Origin: an uncultured Gammaproteobacteria bacterium
Lineage (GTDB): Bacteria; Patescibacteriota; Patescibacteriia; Magasanikbacterales; UBA922
NCBI GenBank assembly: GCA_964522435.1
Contig: CAZFUL010000002.1
Location: 44,631 to 108,630 of the forward strand
DNA: 64,000 bases
Reading direction: 5' to 3'
Shown here one piece after another: positions 56,998 to 64,000 of this stretch; positions within the stretch are counted from its first letter, which is position 1, and the number at the start of each line of letters is the position of its first letter. The position numbers and the translations under genes are program-made. The notes below the pieces were generated by a model, which worked only from the letters and a program-made list of their open reading frames with translations, was not told the DNA's origin and made no database searches.

Positions 56998-58091
56998 AAA
57001 AAATCATGACCGTGGTTGGCGCACGTCCACAATTTATTAAACTTGCCCCCTTGGCAAAAGCGTTGGATGACCATGCCTTCTTTAGGCATATATTGGTGCA
57101 TACCGGGCAACACTATGATAGCAATATGTCACAGGTTTTTTTTGATACCTTAGGCATACGATCTCCAGACTATCAATATACTATTTCTGGTACAACGCAA
57201 GCAACACAAACCGCAGAAATGATGGTGTTGTTAGAACAAACATGTATAGAAGAGCTGCCCGATGCGGTGGTGGTATTTGGCGATACCAATAGTACCCTTG
57301 CCGCTGCCCTTGTTGCTGCCAAGTTGTGTATCCCAATCGTGCATATAGAAGCTGGGTTACGGAGTTTTGATATGCGTATGCCGGAAGAAGTAAATAGAAT
57401 TATTACTGATCATGTGAGTAGGTACTTGTCCTGTCCTACGGATCAGGCAAAAAATCAATTAGAAAAAGAAGGAGTCCATGAAAAAGCGACCGTGGATGGT
57501 GATATTATGGTAGATACCCTTCTGCATTTTTTACCGCTTGCAGAACAACGCCAAGGGCTCTTGGATACTTGGAACGTACTTCCAGATACGTATTACGTGT
57601 GTACTTTGCATAGAAATTTTAATGTAGATAACGAAAAGAATTTGGCAGCTATTGTTGGTGCTTTAGCAGCGACGAGAGTCCCTATTATTTTTTCACTACA
57701 TCCTCGTACAAAAAAACAATTAGAGCACTTTTCGTTATATAACAGACTTATTTCATATTCACACATTCATATCTGTGAACCCCTCGAATATATTGATATG
57801 TTGGCGCTTATGTACTTTTCTCGAGGAATTATTACTGATTCTGGAGGAATACAAAAAGAAGCGTATTTACTCAAGAAGCCCTGTATTACTGTGCGCTCAA
57901 CAACAGAATGGGGAGAGACCGTAGAGAGTGGTTGGAATACACTTGTCTGTAATAAAAACACCGGTATGATTGATGAGACGTTACTCACAACCGCTATAGA
58001 ACATCCTACCGCACATAGAGAAAATTGGATGCCATATTACGGAGATGGTAAAACTGTTTCGCGTATTATTGCTCTTCTTGAAACGATCTAA
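56994..58091 (+). CDS. UDP-N-acetylglucosamine 2-epimerase (non-hydrolysing, WecB/WbpI-like)
   Basis: MTVVGARPQFIKLAP start, HTGQHYD, DSGGIQKEA motifs. Confidence 0.85.
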   Translation: MKKIMTVVGARPQFIKLAPLAKALDDHAFFRHILVHTGQHYDSNMSQVFFDTLGIRSPDYQYTISGTTQATQTAEMMVLLEQTCIEELPDAVVVFGDTNSTLAAALVAAKLCIPIVHIEAGLRSFDMRMPEEVNRIITDHVSRYLSCPTDQAKNQLEKEGVHEKATVDGDIMVDTLLHFLPLAEQRQGLLDTWNVLPDTYYVCTLHRNFNVDNEKNLAAIVGALAATRVPIIFSLHPRTKKQLEHFSLYNRLISYSHIHICEPLEYIDMLALMYFSRGIITDSGGIQKEAYLLKKPCITVRSTTEWGETVESGWNTLVCNKNTGMIDETLLTTAIEHPTAHRENWMPYYGDGKTVSRIIALLETI

Positions 58092-58098
58092 CGCTGCT

Positions 58099-59196
58099 AT
58101 GAAAAAAAATGTTTGCCATATTGCCCTGAGACATCCGTTATTTGATACGCGTGTTTTTTTTAAAGAAGCTCTGCCCTTATCACAAGCAGGATACCATATT
58201 ACGATAGTGGCGAAAAAAAGTGAGGGGACGGCCCCCGTAGGGATAGAAGCAATATCCTGTGATTCTTTTTTCACAGGCCTGCGTCTTTTATTGTCAAAAA
58301 AATTTGATGCGTATCATGTACATGATCAGACGTCGTTGCTATTAGGAATTATATTATGTAGCATAAAAAGAACCCCCTTAATTTACGATATTCACGAGCA
58401 TTATTTTTTATTTCCTCGGTTACGACGAGGATGGAAAAAAAGGATATTAAATCTTGTCTATGCCTATATTATTGAACCGCTTGGCATACAGCTCGCGGAT
58501 TTGTGTATAGGGGTAACACCGACGATGCAACGTGTCTATGGAAAAAAATCAAAACGATTTTTATATTTTCCTAATTATTATGTAGGGGAGATGAGCGCAA
58601 CGATGCCTGTAGAAAACAGGGAAGCACCGTTTAAAAATCGATTCGTGTTGTTGTATCAGGGGGGGATGAAACGAGAACGGGGGATATATCAATATATAGA
58701 TATTGTCGATGCGCTTCGGAAGAGCTTTCCGAATATTCTTTTGGCATATATAGGCCCCTTTGATGGTGCAGAAGATAAAGAGCTATTTATGCAGACAATA
58801 GAAAAAAAACAATTACAGGATAGTGTGTGGTATGGAGGGGCACTTCCATTTCAGGATGTGGGGAAATATACCGCACAAGCTGATGTGGGATTAAATTTTT
58901 TAGCAAATTCATTAAATAATAATTTGGGTATCCAAAATAAATTGTTTGAGTATCTGGCACACGGACTTCCTATTTTTTCTTCGGATAATGTTGAGTTTGT
59001 TCGTGATATATTAGTTCCTCAGGGCCTGGCTGTCATTGCGCCGTATGATAATGTTGCTATAAGTGTAACGCGTCTCTCTGAGATGCTCGCACAAAAAGAA
59101 TCGTATGTGCAGTCGGTGATACAGTATCGCGCAGGCTATCAGCAACAGCAGTATATTCCTTCATTAATTGCGGCATATAAAGAGATTGTGGGCTAA
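58099..59196 (+). CDS. Glycosyltransferase family 4
   Basis: GT-B fold. C-terminal NKLFEYLAHGLPIFS region. Start trimmed to MKKNVCHIAL. Confidence 0.65.
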   Translation: MKKNVCHIALRHPLFDTRVFFKEALPLSQAGYHITIVAKKSEGTAPVGIEAISCDSFFTGLRLLLSKKFDAYHVHDQTSLLLGIILCSIKRTPLIYDIHEHYFLFPRLRRGWKKRILNLVYAYIIEPLGIQLADLCIGVTPTMQRVYGKKSKRFLYFPNYYVGEMSATMPVENREAPFKNRFVLLYQGGMKRERGIYQYIDIVDALRKSFPNILLAYIGPFDGAEDKELFMQTIEKKQLQDSVWYGGALPFQDVGKYTAQADVGLNFLANSLNNNLGIQNKLFEYLAHGLPIFSSDNVEFVRDILVPQGLAVIAPYDNVAISVTRLSEMLAQKESYVQSVIQYRAGYQQQQYIPSLIAAYKEIVG

Positions 59197-60977
59197 TGGT
59201 CTTTTGATAAAAATGTTTTTTCCCAAAGAGCTACACTATAGAGTTTCCACCAAACCTGCGGCGATGTTATCCGAATATGTGAAGAAATAGGTTCAGAAAA
59301 CAAGGAATCAAGGAGAACACTCTGTTGGATTAACTCTGTTGACCCATCAATATACGATTGATCGGCATATAACAGGTCAATTGGTGCCTCAAATCCTTTT
59401 TTATTCGTGCGCCAGACAATATTTTTTGGTAATCGCTTGTCCATGGTTTTTCTTAAAATATATTTTGTCCATCCATCATGAATTTTTTCTTGTATGGGCA
59501 AATTGATTGCGTGTTCAACTAACCGATAATCCAAAAGTGGTAGGCGGGTCTCAATTCCGAAGTGCATCGCATTTTTATCTTCATACCGTAACAGATGCGG
59601 TAATTGATGAGAGAGCTCTTGTTGTTGTAATGAAAAAAGGGAAACAGATTTTTTTGTTTTTTTATTTATCTTGTGACGCAATGTCGGTTCTATGTCAGGA
59701 AGCCGTCGTAGGCGTCGGAGCTGTTGGTAACGAGGAAAAGAAAAATAACACCAATACAAGATAATAGTAAGCAGAGAAAGGCCTGTGTGTTTTTGAATAT
59801 TGCGTATTGCGTTCGGGTACTGTCGGTAGGGAAGGCTATGGAGATAGGGGACAATATAGCGGTCATATCCTAATAATAATTCATCTCCACCTTGGCCATC
59901 TAACATCACGGTACAACCCAGGGCTTTTGCTTTTTGCATCACAAAATATTGCATGATAATAGATGGGCTAGCAAAAGGTTCTTCTTGAATACGAACAACC
60001 GTGGGTAGCGCGCGAAGAATTTCTTCAATCGACGGGCTCGTGACATGAAGTGGTACCCCGCAATGGGTGGCCACGGCTTGTGCATAGGCAGACTCATCGT
60101 GTTGTGGTGATATGCTTTGCGCATGGATGGTATGAAAGGTATCTTTTCCTGTATACAATGACGCAGCAATACTACAGACGGTTGAACTATCTAACCCGCC
60201 ACTTAAACAGCCACCCACCGGTACGTCAGAACGCAAACACAAATGAATAGCATCCTCAAGTAAGGTAGAAAAATCTTTTGGATCAGTCGGGCTGTGTATC
60301 CCTGATTCTATGTGATACCATGTGTTGATTGTCTTTTTCCCGCTTGGTATATCAAACAAAAGAGTTTGTCCACCCATCAGTTGCGTTATATCTTCAAAAA
60401 ATGTTTCTGGGGTATCGTTTTCTTTCCCGTGAAGTAAAAAGTCTAAGACGATTTTTTTATTTGCGTTTACGTTAGAAAGAAAGGGGAGTAATTGACGAAT
60501 TTCAGATCCAAACGCAAAAAGTTCTGAGGTAGAATAATAATAAAATGGTTTTATGCCATAGCGGTCTCGGCTGCAAAATACCTGTTTCATCTGTGCATCA
60601 TAAATAGCAAATGCCCACATGCCATTAAATCGTTCTACACAGGCTTCTTTATACAAATCATAGGCAGCTAAGATCACTTCTGTGTCTGTTTCTGTAGAAA
60701 ATGTATAACCCTGTTGTTCTAATTCTTTTTTTAATTCTTTATAGTTATATATTTCTCCATTAAACACTATTGTATAGCGTTCTCTATACGTCATGGGCTG
60801 CACGCCCTCGGGACGAAGATCTAAAATAGCAAGACGTCGATGTCCCAAACCAATATGCGTATCATAAAAAAAGGCACTGGCATCTGGTCCACGATGGGCT
60901 ACGCGTTCTGTCATGGCAGCAAGATGCTCGGAGATATCGTCTTGATTGTTACTAATAATACCAGCAATACCGCACAT
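59193..60977 (-). CDS. Asparagine synthase (glutamine-hydrolysing)-like amidotransferase, in the glycan cluster
   Basis: N-terminal MCGIAGI nucleophile. PP-loop SGGLDSS. 594 aa. Confidence 0.8.
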   Translation of the reverse strand: MCGIAGIISNNQDDISEHLAAMTERVAHRGPDASAFFYDTHIGLGHRRLAILDLRPEGVQPMTYRERYTIVFNGEIYNYKELKKELEQQGYTFSTETDTEVILAAYDLYKEACVERFNGMWAFAIYDAQMKQVFCSRDRYGIKPFYYYSTSELFAFGSEIRQLLPFLSNVNANKKIVLDFLLHGKENDTPETFFEDITQLMGGQTLLFDIPSGKKTINTWYHIESGIHSPTDPKDFSTLLEDAIHLCLRSDVPVGGCLSGGLDSSTVCSIAASLYTGKDTFHTIHAQSISPQHDESAYAQAVATHCGVPLHVTSPSIEEILRALPTVVRIQEEPFASPSIIMQYFVMQKAKALGCTVMLDGQGGDELLLGYDRYIVPYLHSLPYRQYPNAIRNIQKHTGLSLLTIILYWCYFSFPRYQQLRRLRRLPDIEPTLRHKINKKTKKSVSLFSLQQQELSHQLPHLLRYEDKNAMHFGIETRLPLLDYRLVEHAINLPIQEKIHDGWTKYILRKTMDKRLPKNIVWRTNKKGFEAPIDLLYADQSYIDGSTELIQQSVLLDSLFSEPISSHIRITSPQVWWKLYSVALWEKTFLSKDH

Positions 60978-60978
60978 A

Positions 60979-62091
60979 TTATTTGATAAAGGTTTTTATC
61001 TTATTTTTTAATTCAAATAGCCATGCATTGGACGGATAGTCTGCAAATGTTTTATTTGGTTTTTGCAGGATATGTTCAAATTGTTCTTTGGTCAAGCCAA
61101 GTTTTTTACATACATACGTTATATCATCGTCAAGCGTTTGAGGCGTATACACCGCTTGATTCATTTCTTGCAATGCCTGTTCTCGAGTGATTTCTTTATT
61201 TACAATAAGATTAGAAAGATAGGCTCTTCGTTCATCATAGCCAAATTTTGTTGGTCTATAATAGGCTTGTTGAAATTTTGTGAATCGAGATTCAAAATGT
61301 TTACCACCATAATATCGCCAACCCAATGTCTGTAATAGAGCCATGGCGTCCTGTTTTTTATAGTCAATAAAATTGAGTGGTTTTATTACTTTCATCCGTT
61401 TAATAAGGGGATAGTAAATATAGTATTGAAAAAAGTTTACGGTAGGGTATGAGTGTAATGGTTGTTTGCCAAAGCGTGTATGTACGGCTTTGAGATGTCG
61501 TAAATCCATAGCATTATATGCCCAGCTACTCGGCATAATTGCTTCTGTTGCCAAGTTACTGCCACTCAGTACATAGCGTATATGGTGTTTGGTCGCAAAT
61601 GCATATAATCCTGCAAAAAACGCATGATCTTGAGGAATATCTTGGTTTGCCAGGGCTGCCTCAAAAAAGGCACGTTGTAAATCTTTCATTTCTTCCCAAT
61701 TAATCACTATGGTAAATAAATCCACATGAAGTCTATTTACTAACTCTTCAATATTTTTTACCGCTAACTCGGAATTCCATCCGCCATCAACATGAACGAC
61801 AAGTGGACGTAATCCCCATTCTTTTGCTTTGTATAATAAATACGAGCTATCAACTCCGCCACTCAGCCCAATAATACAGTCATATTCTTTAGACGCACCT
61901 TCTTTTTTTATTTGATGAATAATGGTATCTAATTGTGTTTTGCGTAGGTCTTCCGATGCTTGCTCTGCGATTAATTTTCGCATGTTGGTACAATGATAAC
62001 AATCACCTTGTTCATTAAAGCTAATCATTGGATCGCTCGTATCCATAATACAATAGCGACAGATGCGATAGGGGGATGGATTATTGCTCAT
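60979..62091 (-). CDS. N-acetyl sugar amidotransferase (WbpG/WbuX-like PP-loop ATPase)
   Basis: PP-loop GLSGGVDSSY. Genetically coupled to hisH/hisF paralogs as in O-antigen wbpG-hisH-hisF modules. Start ambiguous (62118, 62091 or 62046). Confidence 0.7.
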   Translation of the reverse strand: MSNNPSPYRICRYCIMDTSDPMISFNEQGDCYHCTNMRKLIAEQASEDLRKTQLDTIIHQIKKEGASKEYDCIIGLSGGVDSSYLLYKAKEWGLRPLVVHVDGGWNSELAVKNIEELVNRLHVDLFTIVINWEEMKDLQRAFFEAALANQDIPQDHAFFAGLYAFATKHHIRYVLSGSNLATEAIMPSSWAYNAMDLRHLKAVHTRFGKQPLHSYPTVNFFQYYIYYPLIKRMKVIKPLNFIDYKKQDAMALLQTLGWRYYGGKHFESRFTKFQQAYYRPTKFGYDERRAYLSNLIVNKEITREQALQEMNQAVYTPQTLDDDITYVCKKLGLTKEQFEHILQKPNKTFADYPSNAWLFELKNKIKTFIK

Positions 62092-62857
62092 AGGAGGGGA
62101 TATCGAAAAGAGAATCAATCTCTTCTGAAGATGGGTATTGTATCAAAACTGCCTTATGCTTACCATGAAAAACAAATAAACTGCCCGCCGCAGCTGCACT
62201 GGCGCCTGCTCGTATGACGTCACGACATTGCATAAGACTCCCTGCGCCGCCACAGGCAATAACAGGAATACGCAATTGTGCGGTGATAGCGGCAATGAGC
62301 TCAAGATCATAGCCTTGCATCATACCATCTCTTAAGATCATATTTATGCAGAGTTCTCCTGCGCCTTCTGCTTCCATGCGTTTTGCTGTCTCTTGTATAG
62401 ATAGGCCAGTAGCTTTTTTTCCGTTGTGTGTGTATACGAGTGATTGTCTTCGCCAATTTGTTTTTACATCGAGTGTTGCAATAACACTACTTGCGCCAAA
62501 CCGACGAGATGCTTGTTGTAATAACTGCGGTTGAGTAAACAATGCACTGGAGAGGGATATTTTTTCTACCCCAGCAGCGTACAAGGTTTCCATTTGTTCG
62601 ATAGTGCTAACGCCACCACCATAACTTAATGGCATAAAACATTCACTTGCAATATCTTGGATAAGCGCCATGTTTGGTCCTGTTGCTTGTGTTGTCGCGT
62701 CAATATCTAAGATCAACAGTTCATCAACTTCTTTCGTATTAAAAATATTAATGGCATTAATCGGATCACCAACGTATATTCTTTTTTTGAATTGTATCGT
62801 TTTTACTAGCCCATTGTGAGATAGTAATAAACAAGGAATAATACGTGGACGTAACAT
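62081..62857 (-). CDS. Imidazole glycerol phosphate synthase cyclase subunit paralog (HisF-like, WbuZ-like)
   Basis: TIM-barrel HisF pattern: start MLRPRIIPCLLL, then DELLILDIDA and GGGVST motifs. Confidence 0.75.
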   Translation of the reverse strand: MLRPRIIPCLLLSHNGLVKTIQFKKRIYVGDPINAINIFNTKEVDELLILDIDATTQATGPNMALIQDIASECFMPLSYGGGVSTIEQMETLYAAGVEKISLSSALFTQPQLLQQASRRFGASSVIATLDVKTNWRRQSLVYTHNGKKATGLSIQETAKRMEAEGAGELCINMILRDGMMQGYDLELIAAITAQLRIPVIACGGAGSLMQCRDVIRAGASAAAAGSLFVFHGKHKAVLIQYPSSEEIDSLFDIPSYEQ

Positions 62858-62861
62858 ACAA

Positions 62862-63458
62862 TTATAACGAAAGGAAATTCGTTAGTAAGGTCATACCAAA
62901 GGAGTGACTTTTTTCTGGATGAAATTGCACACCAAATATATGTTCTTTTTGTATAATAGAGGTAAATGGGTAGCCATAGTCTGTTGTCCCAATACCCGCT
63001 GCTGCCGTATGGGGAATATGATACGAATGCACAAAATAAAAACGAGCATCAGGCCGCATATTTTTGTATAAGGGGCTCTCGGCTGTTTTATCAATAGTAT
63101 TCCATCCCATATGTGGAACAGGGAGACTATGGGTAAATTTTATCGTGGTCGTGTCAAACCAAGAAAGTCCTTTTTCTTGTCCTTCTTCGCTGCTGTTTGT
63201 CATGAGTTGCATGCCTAAGCAAATGCCTAATATAGGGGTTTTTTTTTCAAACACACAGTGTTCTAACAAAGGAATCATCCCTCGTTGTTGCAGTTCTTTC
63301 ATCCCATGGTCAAAAGCACCGACTCCGGGGAGAATAAGATGAGAGGCCTGTGTAATAGTGTCATGATCATCGCTAATAATGGCTTGTTTGCCTATTTTTT
63401 TTATCATGTTTTGCACAGAACGAACATTGCCTACATTGTAATCAATAATAACAATCAT
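62862..63458 (-). CDS. Glutamine amidotransferase subunit paralog (HisH-like, WbuY-like)
   Basis: Class I GATase: GVGAFD, catalytic Cys in GICLGMQL, HxE near the C-terminus (HPEKS). Confidence 0.75.
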   Translation of the reverse strand: MIVIIDYNVGNVRSVQNMIKKIGKQAIISDDHDTITQASHLILPGVGAFDHGMKELQQRGMIPLLEHCVFEKKTPILGICLGMQLMTNSSEEGQEKGLSWFDTTTIKFTHSLPVPHMGWNTIDKTAESPLYKNMRPDARFYFVHSYHIPHTAAAGIGTTDYGYPFTSIIQKEHIFGVQFHPEKSHSFGMTLLTNFLSL

Positions 63459-63590
63459 AAAACAATAGAGGAATATACGGCTATTTTAGCAGAAATAGGC
63501 AAAAAAACAAGAAAAGTAGGCCTTGCGCATTGCTTTACTATAAGTAGACTTTTTTTGCTAACTAGGCTACTATTTCAATAGTATTCGTGT

Positions 63591-64000
63591 ATGAAAAAAG
63601 CATTTATCAAAAAAATAGCCTCACCCGGTATATTGGGGATACAACTAGTATTGCTTTACCTAAGTAATGCGATTTTTTTTCTATTGTCATATATCGTGCG
63701 ATTTCCGAAATATACCTTTGTTATTGGGGTGCACGAAGTAGCAAAAAATATCTATCATTTAGGTAAAATTTTACCAAACGCTGCGACGGTTTGTTTATCG
63801 CGAGATACCTATTTTCCGCAGATTTCTTATTCCTATCAATCAACCAACAAAGTGGTTAACCTGCTTTATGGGCCAATTATGCTGGCCTATTTATCTCAAA
63901 AATCGAGTAATTTTTTTTATATTTGGAGCAGCGGATTTTTAATTGATAGGGCGTATGAATTTCGGTTTTTAAAAAGAAAAAAGAAAAAGATCATCCTCTT
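63591..64000 (+). CDS. Hypothetical protein, 5' partial at the window edge
   Basis: ATG at 63591 begins MKKAFIKKIASPGILGIQ. The ORF runs to the window end. Confidence 0.3.
   Translation, partial: MKKAFIKKIASPGILGIQLVLLYLSNAIFFLLSYIVRFPKYTFVIGVHEVAKNIYHLGKILPNAATVCLSRDTYFPQISYSYQSTNKVVNLLYGPIMLAYLSQKSSNFFYIWSSGFLIDRAYEFRFLKRKKKKIIL

Noticed and set aside
1-64000. CRISPR arrays, rRNA genes, IS elements or transposases, integrases
   Set aside because: No regularly spaced direct repeats were seen. No rRNA-like conserved blocks were seen. No ORF has transposase or integrase motifs. The only att-like signature is the 17-nt tRNA-Gln repeat, which is reported separately.

Overview
This 64-kb window comes from a low-GC bacterial chromosome, about 40-42% GC. 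Native genes mostly lack strong Shine-Dalgarno sequences, and the promoter consensus is TTGACA-N17-TATACT. The reduced features (a short TsaB, a ribosomal L10/L12 pair without flanking rplKA or rpoBC, and many small membrane proteins) suggest a streamlined lineage. Placement in the candidate phyla radiation is possible but cannot be shown from sequence alone. No rRNA, CRISPR array, integrase or transposase was seen.

Gene content, 5' to 3':
- A metal-uptake cluster: znuC, znuB, a ZnuA-like protein with a His-rich loop, an MFS transporter and an NRAMP/MntH transporter.
- dnaE, tsaD, tRNA-Glu, rplJ and rplL.
- A large two-domain membrane protein, then a winged-helix protein, a TsaB-like protein and a DEDD exonuclease.
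- Pirin and a DUF1398-like protein.
- A 2-kb AT-rich island encoding a MazG-like protein, a possible HEPN-motif protein and two small membrane proteins.
- A ferredoxin-NADP-reductase-like (FNR) oxidoreductase.
- An Fe-S assembly cluster: Rrf2/IscR-like regulator, nifS/iscS-like, sufB, sufS, sufU, sufC, sufT and two ferredoxins.
- clpB, a WecB/TagA glycosyltransferase, a TrmH methyltransferase, gltX, a DUF378 protein with a Cys-rich tail, and tRNA-Thr.
- ftsEX and tRNA-Gln.
- A copper cluster: csoR, copA, a permease with a cupredoxin-like domain, and copZ.
- greA.
- A cell-surface locus: a DUF11-repeat protein, an HTH regulator with twin palindromic operators, an ECF sigma factor, an anti-sigma-like protein, and a 1283-aa secreted Thr/Asp-rich protein that looks like an S-layer protein. 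These are followed by an O-antigen-ligase/TPR protein and a nucleotide-sugar pathway: dehydrogenase, two GT4 glycosyltransferases, a UDP-GlcNAc 2-epimerase, an AsnB-like protein, and WbpG-, HisF- and HisH-like proteins.

Most unusual features:
1. Three dispersed single-gene islands of high GC (about 55-60%). Each has its own sigma70-like promoter, a palindrome in the 5'UTR, a strong AAGGAG ribosome-binding site and an ORF with no recognisable family. One has an upstream array of CAATTAACA repeats.
2. A 97-nt long-hairpin element present in two copies at 95% identity, with compensatory base changes in the inner stem.
3. A 17-nt direct repeat of the tRNA-Gln 3' end that brackets a GC-rich structured segment of about 100 nt.
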